Shown here in pieces: positions 31,761 through 41,357 of a DNA stretch of 64,000 nt; within the stretch, counting starts at the first letter, position 1, and each line of letters begins with the position of its first letter. The DNA is taken from positions 256,001 through 320,000 of the forward strand of contig CAWDRG010000017.1 of assembly GCA_963804645.1 (NCBI GenBank), given 5' to 3'. This stretch comes from an uncultured Bacillota bacterium. GTDB lineage: Bacteria > Sysuimicrobiota > Sysuimicrobiia > Sysuimicrobiales > Segetimicrobiaceae. The translations under genes were made by a program, and so were the position numbers. The notes beneath the pieces are model-generated. The model did not search any database. It was not told the DNA's origin and was given only the letters and a program-made list of their open reading frames with translations.

Positions 31761-33482
31761 TCAGTGGCCGCCTCCCAGCTGTGCGCGGATGGCGTCCGGC
31801 GTGGTGCCGGCGATGTGCGCCGCCGTCCGCAGCGCGAGCGCCTGCAGCGTGAGCGTCGGGTTGAGGCCGCCGTGGGTCGGAAACGTGGCGCCGCCAAGGA
31901 CATAGACGTTCGGCACCTCGTGCAGCCGTCCCACGCCGTCGACAACCGAGTGATGGGGATCCGTCCCCATCCGGGCCCCGCCGACGTCGTGCACGCCCAT
32001 CGCCTCGACGTGCAGGGACGCCCGCCAGATGCGGTCGGCACCCATCCCTTCGAGCACACGCACGGCGCGATCTTGCAGAAACGTCAAGAGGCGCCGCTCA
32101 TTCTCGTATTGGTCGAAGGTGATCCGGATCACCGGCCGCCCAAACGGATCGCGCACGTTTGGGTCCAGGTCGAGGAAATTCGCCTCGTACGGCAGCGTCT
32201 CTGCCCCGACCGTCAGCACGGCCGTGCTGGTGTAGTAGCGCGCGAGGAACGCTTTGTACGCGCGCCCCCACCGCGGGACGTCCGGGGGGATGATCACCGT
32301 GCTCTCGATCGGCGTGAACTGGTGGACGACCGCGATGCGGCCGCCGCGCAGAAATCCCACGCCCGTGTGGTCAAAGTTGTCCGCGTTGAAATCATCGATC
32401 GTGTATCCCTGCGCGGCGGGCCCGGTAAACGCATTGAGCCGGCGGCCGCCGAACGTGCCGAACACCGGGAGGTGCTGTCGCGCCATGTAGTACCGGCCCA
32501 CTTGGCCCGTGTTGTTCCCGAGGCCGTTCGGAAACCGGCGGCTCGGCGACAACAGCAGCAGGCGCACGTTCTCGTAGCTGTAGGTCGCCAGGATCACGGT
32601 GCCGGCCGGCTGAAAGTGCACCCCGTCTGGCGCGGCGTACTCGACGCCGGTCGCGACTCCGCGCTCGTCCGTGACCACCCGAAGCGCCCGACACCCCGTG
32701 CGAATCTCAAGCTTGCCGGTGGCGAGGGCTTTGGGCAGCACCGTCACGACCGTGCTGCCCTTCGCGTTGACGTGGCACGCCAGGCGGTTGCAAAAACTGC
32801 AGTATGTGCACTGCTCGCGGCCGTCGTAGGGTTCCGACAGGATCGTCGCCGGCATCGGGAAGGGGTGGTAGCCGGCCCGCCGCGCCGCATCGCAGAAGAG
32901 CTGCCCCAGCCCCGACGTCCGAAGAGGCGGCATCGGGTACGGATGTTGGCGCGGACCTTCGAACGGATTGCCCCCGGGGAGCAGCGCTCCGCGCACGTTC
33001 CCCGCCTGCCCGGACACCCCCACCAGGCGTTCCGTCAGATCATAGTAGGGCTCCAGGTCGTCATAGCTCAGCGGCCAATCCGCGAGCGCGGTGCCCGCCG
33101 GCAGCGCGTCCGGACCGTACCGGGCCAGCGCGTTCGACCACGCGCGGAAGTCGTCGGGATGAAACCGGAACGAGACCGCGCCGTACACGAGCGAGCTTCC
33201 GCCCACGCCGTTCGCCAGCCGCTGCGTGTACGGGGTGGGCTGGCGGGCGCTGCGGGCGTTGGGGCGCCAGGTCGGGATCTCATGATTGAACTTCGCCGCC
33301 CCCCACACGTTGCGCGCGTTGCTCGACGTGATCTCGTCCATCGCGTGCTCGTGGCCGGTCCAGGCCGGTCCCGCCTCGAGCGCGACCACGCTCCTGCCCG
33401 CGGCCGCCAGGACGGCCGCCGCCATCCCGCCGGTGCCGCCCAGGCCGATCAGACAGACCTCAACCTCACGCTCCACCCGCAT
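31761..33482 (-). CDS. GMC family oxidoreductase (gluconate 2-dehydrogenase flavoprotein-like)
   Basis: IGLGGTGG, GVGGSSLVY, DWPLSYDDLEPYY, CTYCSFC, HDVGGARMG, NPTLTLQAL. Confidence 0.9.
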   Translation of the reverse strand: MRVEREVEVCLIGLGGTGGMAAAVLAAAGRSVVALEAGPAWTGHEHAMDEITSSNARNVWGAAKFNHEIPTWRPNARSARQPTPYTQRLANGVGGSSLVYGAVSFRFHPDDFRAWSNALARYGPDALPAGTALADWPLSYDDLEPYYDLTERLVGVSGQAGNVRGALLPGGNPFEGPRQHPYPMPPLRTSGLGQLFCDAARRAGYHPFPMPATILSEPYDGREQCTYCSFCNRLACHVNAKGSTVVTVLPKALATGKLEIRTGCRALRVVTDERGVATGVEYAAPDGVHFQPAGTVILATYSYENVRLLLLSPSRRFPNGLGNNTGQVGRYYMARQHLPVFGTFGGRRLNAFTGPAAQGYTIDDFNADNFDHTGVGFLRGGRIAVVHQFTPIESTVIIPPDVPRWGRAYKAFLARYYTSTAVLTVGAETLPYEANFLDLDPNVRDPFGRPVIRITFDQYENERRLLTFLQDRAVRVLEGMGADRIWRASLHVEAMGVHDVGGARMGTDPHHSVVDGVGRLHEVPNVYVLGGATFPTHGGLNPTLTLQALALRTAAHIAGTTPDAIRAQLGGGH

Positions 33483-33681
33483 ACGGGTACGGTTCTGACC
33501 GGCGGCGCCGTTTGCCTGCCGCAGCGAGCGGGCGGACGCGCTGATCCGACGCCTCGTCGATGACGGTCGAAAAGGAAGTTCCCGCACCCCGGCGAATCCG
33601 CCAATGTTCTGCGCACCGAACACACGGAGCGCTCGTGTGCAGGCCAGTCTGGACAAGTCCATGCAGCCAGAAGGAGGCGAC

Positions 33682-34716
33682 ATGATCACCCGTTCAGATC
33701 GTCCGCAAATGCGCCGCCGCTGGAACCGTGCCGCGGCGGCGGGATGCGCAGTGATCTCGAGCGTGCTGCTGCTCCTGGCGGCGTCATCCGGGATGGCCGC
33801 GCCGACCGGCACCTACAAGCTGAGCGTGCTGGAGACGACGCCGGGGTTCTTCGATCTGCCGCTCTGGACGATGATGAACGACGGCGAGGCGGCGGCAAAT
33901 CACCTCGAGCTCACGCTCGCGCAGTTCCAGACGGGCGGCGGGACGACGTCCCAGGTGTTCGCCGGCGGCACTGGGGACCTCATGATGGGCGGCATGGATC
34001 TCCCCGTCCGGCTCATGCAGACGAAGACGGTCGACGTCACGGTGATCGCCACGATGCTGCAGCGCGGGGTGTTTATCCTCGTCGCCAAGGCGGGGTCGCC
34101 CTACCACACCCTGCAGAGCCTCCGGGGCCAAATCGTCGGGATCAGCGGCCCGGGCGCGTTCAGCGAGTTCGCGCTGCACACCGCGCTGAAGGGTGCCGGC
34201 ATGAGTCCCAACGACGTGCAGATCGCCGCGCTCGGGGGCACGGCGGCCCAGTATGCCGCGCTCACCTCCGGCAAGGCCGCGGCCGTCCAGCTGCAGTCGC
34301 CGATCTTGGAGACCGCGCAGTCGAACCACACCGTGCAGACGGTCTACGACTTCCGCGTCGAGCAGGGGCTGCAGGCCTCGCTCGTCTTCACGGCCCGCAC
34401 CGCAGCGGTCAGGGCCAATCCGGCTCCGTACCAGGTGTTCATGCGGACCTACCGCCAGATCATGAACCGGTTCCGGACGGACCCCGCGTACGCCATGAAG
34501 ATGGCGACCGCGGAGTGGGGAGCGACCACGTCCGCCGCAGATCTCCAGAGCCAGCTCGCCGCGTATCTGACCAACCCCGGCATCTGGTCGCCGGACTGCG
34601 TGTACACCGTCGTACTGTACACCAACACGCGCCAGTTGCTGCTCGATTCCGGGCTCTTCACGGCGGACGGCTTCCCGACCTACCGTCAGCTGACGCAGTA
34701 CGCGCCGCCGCTGTAG
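33682..34716 (+). CDS. ABC substrate-binding protein (NMT1/SsuA-like)
   Basis: AAGGAGG RBS; signal peptide; LQSLRGQIVGISGPG, AALTSGKAAA. Confidence 0.8.
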   Translation: MITRSDRPQMRRRWNRAAAAGCAVISSVLLLLAASSGMAAPTGTYKLSVLETTPGFFDLPLWTMMNDGEAAANHLELTLAQFQTGGGTTSQVFAGGTGDLMMGGMDLPVRLMQTKTVDVTVIATMLQRGVFILVAKAGSPYHTLQSLRGQIVGISGPGAFSEFALHTALKGAGMSPNDVQIAALGGTAAQYAALTSGKAAAVQLQSPILETAQSNHTVQTVYDFRVEQGLQASLVFTARTAAVRANPAPYQVFMRTYRQIMNRFRTDPAYAMKMATAEWGATTSAADLQSQLAAYLTNPGIWSPDCVYTVVLYTNTRQLLLDSGLFTADGFPTYRQLTQYAPPL

Positions 34717-34753
34717 TGCGCCTGAGCACGCGGGACTCGGGACCGGGCCGGCG

Positions 34754-35617
34754 GTGAAGCCGACGGTTCTCGGACAGGATGCGGCCGGCGGCGCTCCCGG
34801 CCGCATCGGGGAGCCCGGCGGGACCGACCCGTCGTGGGCGTCCCACACCCACGCCGCATCGATCGACGTGTTCGGGGTCACGGTCCGGTACGCCGGTGCC
34901 GCGAGCGCGGGGCAGGCCCACCAGGGCACGCTCGCGGTCGACGATGTCTCGTTCCGCGTGAACCCGCAGGAGATCGTCGTCATCGTGGGGCCGAGCGGCT
35001 GCGGCAAGACGACGCTGCTCAAGACGATCGGGGGCCTGCTGCGTCCGTCCCGCGGGTCGGTCCGGATCAGCCAGGCCGGAGCGGCCGATCCGCGGCTCGG
35101 ATTTGTCTTCCAGTCCGACGCGCTGCTGCCGTGGCGCACGGCGGTGCAGAATGTGGAGTTGGCCGTGCGGCTGGCCCGCGAGAGCCCGCGGGTGGCCGGC
35201 GCGCGGGCGGCGCATCTCATGGAAGAGTTGGGGCTCGGCGATTCGCGCGACAAGTACCCCTCGCAGCTCTCCGGCGGCATGCGCAAGCGCGTCGCCCTCG
35301 CGAGGGCGCTGGCGTACGAGCCCGCGGTGTTCCTGATGGATGAACCGTTCAGCGCACTGGACGCGAATACGCGGATCCACGTGGGGAACTTCTTTCTGCG
35401 CATCGTCGAGCGCTTCGGCCAGAGCGTCTTGTTTGTGACGCACGACATCGACGAAGCGGTCGCGCTGGGAGACAGAATCCTGGTGCTGTCGCGCGGCCCG
35501 GGACGGCTCGTCGGCACGTTTGACGTCAACCTGCCCCGCCCCCGCGACTACTACAAGAGCCGGTTCGAAGACGGCTTTCGGGAGCTGGCGCGCTCGGTCT
35601 TCGAGCTGATCGGATGA
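34754..35617 (+). CDS. ABC ATP-binding protein (TauB-like)
   Basis: GPSGCGKTT, LSGGMRKR, LMDEPFSALD; exact start uncertain. Confidence 0.9.
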   Translation: MKPTVLGQDAAGGAPGRIGEPGGTDPSWASHTHAASIDVFGVTVRYAGAASAGQAHQGTLAVDDVSFRVNPQEIVVIVGPSGCGKTTLLKTIGGLLRPSRGSVRISQAGAADPRLGFVFQSDALLPWRTAVQNVELAVRLARESPRVAGARAAHLMEELGLGDSRDKYPSQLSGGMRKRVALARALAYEPAVFLMDEPFSALDANTRIHVGNFFLRIVERFGQSVLFVTHDIDEAVALGDRILVLSRGPGRLVGTFDVNLPRPRDYYKSRFEDGFRELARSVFELIG

Positions 35618-35639
35618 GCGCCGCGTCGGAGCCCGCCGG

Positions 35640-36704
35640 ATGAGTCTCCGCGTCGGGCTCGGACTCATCACCGGGCAGGTGCCGCCGGACGACAGCCGGT
35701 CCGTCGCGGACGACTACGACGACGTGCTCGCACTGGCGCGGACCGCGGAAGCCGTCGGGTTCGACTCGCTGTGGGTATCGGAGCACCACTGCGCGGCGGA
35801 CAGCTATCTCCCCTCACTCACCGTGATGCTGGCCGCGATCGCGGCCGTGACCACACGGCTGGCGCTGGGGACCGCGGTCGTGCTGGCTCCGTTTCAGCAC
35901 CCGCTTCGATTCGCCGAGGACTGCGCGGTCCTCGATCAGCTGTCGCGGGGACGGCTGATCGTCGGCCTCGGCGCGGGATGGCGCAAAGAGGAGTTTCGCG
36001 CGTTTGGGATTCCGCTCGCCGAGCGCGTCGGCAGAACCTCCGAGTTGGCGCGGATCTGCCGCGAGGCGTGGGATCACGAGACGTTCTCGTTCCAGGGGCG
36101 CTACTTCGCGTACGACAACGTACGCGTGACCCCCAAGCCCTTCGGCCGCCTGCCCCTGATGCTTGGGGGCACCGCACCGGCGGCGATCGCGCGCGCCGGA
36201 CGCCTCGCGGACGGCTACATGGGGACGCCGATGAATCGCATCGAGGAGTTTCGACGCGCGGTGGGCATCTTCGACGACGCCGCGCGCGCCGCGGGACGGG
36301 ATCCGGACGGCCTCTCGCTGGGCTACCATGTGAACACGTGGGTGTCGCCCGACGGCACGATTCCCGCGTCCGTCAGGGCGGCGATGTGGCACCAAATCGC
36401 GACCTATCAGGTCTGGCACACCGAGGACGACACCGGACGGCCGCCCTCCGCGTTTCCGCCGATCGACGACAATGCGATCCGGCCCCGCACCGTCGCGGGG
36501 ACGCCTGTCGACGTGATCCAGCAGATACGGCCGTGGGTGGAGGAATTCGGCGGGCGAGAACTCCACGTGATCGTACGGCTGCACTATCCGGGCATGCGGC
36601 GCGAGGAGGCGGAGCGCGCGGTGCGGCTGTTCGCGGCGGAGGTGATCCCGCCGCTCAAGCGCCTCGGCGGCCTCGAGGCGCGGGAGGCCCCGGGCCGCGC
36701 CTGA
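35640..36704 (+). CDS. LLM class flavin-dependent oxidoreductase
   Basis: GFDSLWVSEHH, HPLRFAED, LDQLSRGRLIVGLGAGW. Confidence 0.9.
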   Translation: MSLRVGLGLITGQVPPDDSRSVADDYDDVLALARTAEAVGFDSLWVSEHHCAADSYLPSLTVMLAAIAAVTTRLALGTAVVLAPFQHPLRFAEDCAVLDQLSRGRLIVGLGAGWRKEEFRAFGIPLAERVGRTSELARICREAWDHETFSFQGRYFAYDNVRVTPKPFGRLPLMLGGTAPAAIARAGRLADGYMGTPMNRIEEFRRAVGIFDDAARAAGRDPDGLSLGYHVNTWVSPDGTIPASVRAAMWHQIATYQVWHTEDDTGRPPSAFPPIDDNAIRPRTVAGTPVDVIQQIRPWVEEFGGRELHVIVRLHYPGMRREEAERAVRLFAAEVIPPLKRLGGLEAREAPGRA

Positions 36705-36782
36705 ACCACCCGGGAGCGCCTGACTGCCGTCGGCCGCTCCGAGAAACGCCCGAAGAAATATTCTGAAGTCGGGAGACACGAC

Positions 36783-38498
36783 ATGCACGTTGGGGATCAG
36801 CTCGCGGATCGACTGATCGGGTACGGCATCCGGCGCGTCTTCGGCTGTCCGGGCGGCCAAACGCTGCCGCTCTACGATGGCATTGCGAAGCGCCGCGGCC
36901 GCATCGATCATGTGCTGATGCGGGACGAACGGAGCGCGGCGTACGCGGCCGACGCGTACGCCCGGGCGACCGGCACGGTCGGCGTGTGCGACGCCACGGT
37001 GGGTCCGGGCGCGAGCAATCTGGTCTCGGGCCTGGTGGAAGCCCTTGCCGCATCCGTCCCGGTGCTGGCGATCGTCTCGGATATCCCGCGGCACTGGGAG
37101 CACCGCCGACACCTGGGGTCCGCGTCCCAGGGCTTCGAGCAGCGGCGGTTCCTCGAGCCCTGCGTGCGCTGGTACGGCCGCGTCGAAACCGCGGACAATC
37201 TGGCGGAGATCCTGCACGCGTGCATTCGGATCGCGACGGCCGGGCGTCCCGGCCCGGTCGTCCTGGAGATCCCGGCCGACGTGTTCTACGGCCCGGCCGG
37301 CGCGGAGGGGTTTGCGCCCTTCCCGGAATGGGCGCGCGTGCCGCGCCTGCGGCCCGGCCCCGACCCCGCAGCGCTCGAGGAGGCGGCCAAGCGGCTGCGC
37401 GCCAGCAAGACGCCCATGATCATCGCCGGAGGCGGCGCCCTGCGGGCCGACGCCGGTCCGGAGATCCAGGTCCTGGCGGAAACCCTGCGGTGTCCGGTCG
37501 CCACCACCGTGACCGGCAAGGGGATCATCGCCGAAACGCACCCCCTCACCGTGGGCGTGGCCGGGTCGTTTGGGGTCCCGATGGCCAACGCACTGCTCGC
37601 GGAGAGCGACTGTGTGACGTTCATCGGATCGAAAGCGGGGCAAACCGTCACGCTGGGATGGACCGTCCCCAACCCGGACACGCCGGTGGTCCACATCGAT
37701 ATCGACCCCGATGAGATCGGCAGGAACTATCGGCGCTCAATCGGCCTGGTCGCGGATGCCCAACTCGGGACCCGCGGTCTCGCGGCGGCGCTTCAGCACG
37801 CGCCGGTCAGCAGCGCGTGGGACCCCGAGCGCATCGAGCGCATGCGCCGCGAGTGGTGGAGCGGGCCCATGGCCTACAAACAGGCGCCCGTGCCGGGCAT
37901 CCTCAAGCCGCAGGATCTGATGCGCGCAATGGGCGCGATCACGTCGCGCGACGATGTGGTCGTGACCGACGCGAGCCTCGCGTCCGGGTGGGCGGCCAGC
38001 CGCTGGCAGGCCAAGACCGCAGGGCGGTGCTTCTTCGCCCCGCGCGGCCTCGCGGGCCTCGGCTGGGGCCTTCCCGCCGCGGTCGGGGTCGCCGCCGCCG
38101 CCAGGGATCTCGAGCACCCGGGCCGGATCGTGTGCCTCGCCGGCGACGGCGGGTGGGCCTACTCGATGGCGGAGGTCGAGCCCGCGGTCCGGCTCGGCCT
38201 GCCGATCGTGGCCGTGGTGCTGAACAACCGCAGCCTCGCGTGGATCAACCATGTCGCCGCGGCCCGGTTTCCGGGCGAACGCGTGGCCGACCGGTTTCTG
38301 GACGCGAATTTCGCCAACGCGGCCGGTGCGCTCGGCGCCGTGGCCGAGCGCGTGGATACGCTGGACCGGTTCGAGGCGGCGTTCCGGGCGGCGTCGACCG
38401 ACTCGGCGTCTCGTCCCTGGGTGATAGAGGCGATCACCTGCGATGCGGAAACACCGGTCCTGCAGCCACCGCCCGGCACCCCCAAAACGGGCTATTGA
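36783..38498 (+). CDS. thiamine diphosphate-dependent enzyme (acetolactate synthase-like)
   Basis: FGCPGG, MRDERSAAYAADAYAR, GPGASN, GDGGWAYS...LNN. Confidence 0.9.
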   Translation: MHVGDQLADRLIGYGIRRVFGCPGGQTLPLYDGIAKRRGRIDHVLMRDERSAAYAADAYARATGTVGVCDATVGPGASNLVSGLVEALAASVPVLAIVSDIPRHWEHRRHLGSASQGFEQRRFLEPCVRWYGRVETADNLAEILHACIRIATAGRPGPVVLEIPADVFYGPAGAEGFAPFPEWARVPRLRPGPDPAALEEAAKRLRASKTPMIIAGGGALRADAGPEIQVLAETLRCPVATTVTGKGIIAETHPLTVGVAGSFGVPMANALLAESDCVTFIGSKAGQTVTLGWTVPNPDTPVVHIDIDPDEIGRNYRRSIGLVADAQLGTRGLAAALQHAPVSSAWDPERIERMRREWWSGPMAYKQAPVPGILKPQDLMRAMGAITSRDDVVVTDASLASGWAASRWQAKTAGRCFFAPRGLAGLGWGLPAAVGVAAAARDLEHPGRIVCLAGDGGWAYSMAEVEPAVRLGLPIVAVVLNNRSLAWINHVAAARFPGERVADRFLDANFANAAGALGAVAERVDTLDRFEAAFRAASTDSASRPWVIEAITCDAETPVLQPPPGTPKTGY

Positions 38499-38564
38499 AG
38501 TGAGTGCGCCCGCAGGCGGCCATTCTGAGTCAGTTTCGAGACCGTGCCGAAGAAGGAGGCGCTG

Positions 38565-39428
38565 ATGCCACAAGCGGTTGAGCTAGATCGCGGGTCGGAC
38601 GCCCCGCCTTCCGCCGCCCCCTCCGCGGGGGCAGGGCCCAACTGGAGCGCGCTCGTGCGCGACGCCGCGGTTCGCATCGGCATGTTCGTGCTGGTGCTCG
38701 CCATCTGGCAGTGGCCGGGCGGATGGTTCATCGGGAACAAATGGATCAGCAGCCCCGTGCTGGTGTTCCAGCGCCTCGTGAACATGGCACGCGACGGATC
38801 TCTCGCCCGCAATACGAACGCGACGCTCCAGGAGACCGTGATCGGACTGATCATCGGCATCCTCGTGGGGCTGGTGGGCGGCATTGTGATCGCGCGCGCG
38901 CCCACGGTCATCGCCAAAGCGCTCGACCCCTATCTCCTCGCGGGCTACAGCCTGCCCCGAGTCGCCCTCGCGCCGTTCTTCATCCTCTGGTTCGGCATCG
39001 GCCTCGCGTCCAAAGTTGTGCTCGTCGTCTCTGTGGTGGGGTTTGTCGTGCTGTTCAACGTGCGGCAGGGCATGGAGTCGGTCGACACCGACATGCTCGA
39101 CGCGATGCGCAGCATGCGGGCCGGCCGATGGGAAGTCATTCGGTATGTCGTTATCCCGTCGCTGGTCCCCTGGATTCTCTCCGCGGTGAAGATCGCGGTG
39201 GGGATCGGCTTCGTGGCCGCCGTGGTTGGAGAACTGGTGGGGTCGACGAAGGGGTTGGGATGGTACATCAGCGAGTCACTGAACTCATTCGACATGACGG
39301 GCGGCGTCACGTCGCTGGTCATCATGGCCGTGCTGGCGCTGATCCTGTACGCCATTGTGGGAGAGATCGAGCGCCGGGTGTGCCGGTGGCAGGCGAGCGC
39401 GACTGCGGCCAGAACCGTGCCGATGTAA
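38565..39428 (+). CDS. ABC permease (TauC-like)
   Basis: AAGGAGG RBS; YSLPRVALAPFFILWFGIG, VVGELVGSTKGLG. Confidence 0.88.
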   Translation: MPQAVELDRGSDAPPSAAPSAGAGPNWSALVRDAAVRIGMFVLVLAIWQWPGGWFIGNKWISSPVLVFQRLVNMARDGSLARNTNATLQETVIGLIIGILVGLVGGIVIARAPTVIAKALDPYLLAGYSLPRVALAPFFILWFGIGLASKVVLVVSVVGFVVLFNVRQGMESVDTDMLDAMRSMRAGRWEVIRYVVIPSLVPWILSAVKIAVGIGFVAAVVGELVGSTKGLGWYISESLNSFDMTGGVTSLVIMAVLALILYAIVGEIERRVCRWQASATAARTVPM

Positions 39429-39490
39429 GCACGGCGCGCGCTGCGCTGCGCGTTCCCTTCGCCTCTGCGTGCGTGGTTCCGCATTCATGG

Positions 39491-39510
39491 GGTCTCGGAC
39501 GTCCGAGACC
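39491..39510. promoter_or_regulatory. perfect 20-bp palindrome upstream of the thiolase
   Basis: GGTCTCGGACGTCCGAGACC, about 20 nt upstream of the thiolase ATG. Confidence 0.35.
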
Positions 39511-39531
39511 GGACAGGAAGGGAGCCGCACG

Positions 39532-40725
39532 ATGACCAGTGTCGTGGTTCTCGATGGCGCCCGCACCGCGTTTGGACGCTTCGGCGGAAGCCTCCGCGGG
39601 GTCGCCGCGAACCAGCTCGGGATCGCAGCGGCGCACGGAGCGCTGGCGAAGTCGCGGATCGACCCGGGCGCCGTCGACCACGTCGCCTTCGGCAACGTGG
39701 TGCACTCGAGCGGTGACGCGGTGTATCTGGCCCGCCACGTCGGGCTCGGCGCCGGGCTCCGAATCGAGTGTCCCGCGGTCACCCTCAATCGCCTGTGCGG
39801 ATCGGGCCTCGAGGCGGCGGTCTACGGCGCACGGCTGATCGAGACGCGGGAAGCCGAGCTCGTGCTCGCGGGCGGCACCGAGAACATGAGCCAAGCTCCC
39901 TTTGTGCTGCGCGGCGCCCGCGAGGGACTGCCGCTCGGGCCGGCCGTGCTGGACGATACGCTGTGGGCGGCACTCACGGACACCGCGTGCGGGCTCGGCA
40001 TGGCGGAGACGGCCGAGAACTTGGCCGCCCGCTACCACATCACGCGCGAAGCGCAGGACGAGTTTGCGGCGCGAAGCCACGCGCTCGCCGCCCGCGCGCG
40101 CGGAGAGGGTCGCTTCGCCGAGGAGATCATTCCGGTCGATGCCGCATCCGTCGTGAGCGGGGCGCGGGGCACCCCGAAACCGGTCGTCGAGGATGAACAT
40201 ATCCGGCCCGAAAGCACGGTCGAGCGGCTGGCCCGGCTGCCCGCGCGATTCCGTGAACACGGCACCGTCACGGCGGGCAACAGCAGCGGGATCAACGATG
40301 GTGCGGCGGCTGTGGTCCTTGCGTCGGCGCGCGCCGCCGAGCGGCTGGGGGTCCGGCCGCTCGGGCGGCTGGTCTCGTGGGCCGTGGTGGGCGTGCCCCC
40401 GGAGATCATGGGTATCGGCCCTGCCCCGGCAAGCCGGGAGGCACTGGCGCGGGCTGAGTTGCGGCTTGACCAGATGGACGTCGTTGAGATCAACGAGGCC
40501 TTCGCCGCGCAGTACCTCGCGGTCGAACAGGAACTTGGGCTCGATCGCGACCGCGTCAACGTGAACGGCGGGGCGATCGCGCTCGGCCATCCGCTCGCGG
40601 CGAGCGGCGCGCGGCTGCTGCTCACCCTCCTGTACGAACTCCGCCGCCGTGCGGGCCGGTTCGGGCTCGCCGCCCTCTGCATCGGCGGCGGCCAGGGGAT
40701 CGCGGCCGTAGTCGAGGCGGGCTAG
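39532..40725 (+). CDS. acetyl-CoA C-acyltransferase (thiolase)
   Basis: NRLCGSG, TAGNSSGINDGAAA, NEAFA, GHPLAASG, LCIGGGQG. Confidence 0.95.
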   Translation: MTSVVVLDGARTAFGRFGGSLRGVAANQLGIAAAHGALAKSRIDPGAVDHVAFGNVVHSSGDAVYLARHVGLGAGLRIECPAVTLNRLCGSGLEAAVYGARLIETREAELVLAGGTENMSQAPFVLRGAREGLPLGPAVLDDTLWAALTDTACGLGMAETAENLAARYHITREAQDEFAARSHALAARARGEGRFAEEIIPVDAASVVSGARGTPKPVVEDEHIRPESTVERLARLPARFREHGTVTAGNSSGINDGAAAVVLASARAAERLGVRPLGRLVSWAVVGVPPEIMGIGPAPASREALARAELRLDQMDVVEINEAFAAQYLAVEQELGLDRDRVNVNGGAIALGHPLAASGARLLLTLLYELRRRAGRFGLAALCIGGGQGIAAVVEAG

Positions 40726-40734
40726 AAACCACCG

Positions 40735-41183
40735 CGCGCAAGATTGCATTTGCCTCGACCCGCGATGGAGTGTTCCAAATTTATATGACGAACGTTGACG
40801 GCTCAGCCGTAATCCGCCTGACCAATCCGCCCGATGCGACTACGAGTCCCGCATTCAGTCCGGATGGCAAGATGATCGCGTTCCACCGTCTCGGCGACTA
40901 CGACACCTCACAGATCTACATCATGAATGCTGATGGCTCCCACATGACTCGTCTGACGAATGCACAGGGAGGAAATGAAGACCCTACATTCAGCCCCGAT
41001 GGCTGCACCGTCGTATTTGGCTCGAATCGCAGCGGAGGGTCGCTCCAGATCTACGTGATGAATGTCGACGGATCGACTGTCAGGCAGCTGACCGGTGCTT
41101 CTGGAAATAGTTGGGCTCCTTCGTTCAGTCCCGATGGCCGTAAGATCGCATTCCAATCCGACCGTAACGGGAATGATCAGATC
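40735..41183 (+). pseudogene. TolB/PD40 beta-propeller gene fragment
   Basis: Frame reads RKIAFASTRDGVFQIY..., with three P.FSPDG repeats; begins mid-blade right after the thiolase stop and breaks off at NGNDQI where a repeat starts. Confidence 0.7.
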
Positions 41184-41185
41184 GG

Positions 41186-41256
41186 GACTTCAGGAACCCG
41201 GGTGGGTTGCATAGAGTTCTAATATGAATGGGCCGAAGGGAAGACTTCAGGAACCC
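41186..41256 (+). repeat. 14-bp direct repeat pair GACTTCAGGAACCC (possible IS-end remnants)
   Basis: Exact copies at 41186-41199 and 41243-41256; degenerate GATTCAGGCATCC near 41273. Confidence 0.6.
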
Positions 41257-41357
41257 AAGAGGTGTGTGCGCCGATTCAGGCATCCGAAGTGAGGTTGTTT
41301 GAAACCGCGGCTCGGGATTGAGCTCGGCAGTGAAGGGACTCGATGTCGTCCAGCTCC

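Noticed and set aside
41186..41290. Possible mini-CRISPR from the GACTTCAGGAACCC repeats
   Set aside because: Only two exact 14-bp copies, irregular spacing to the third degenerate copy, and no cas genes
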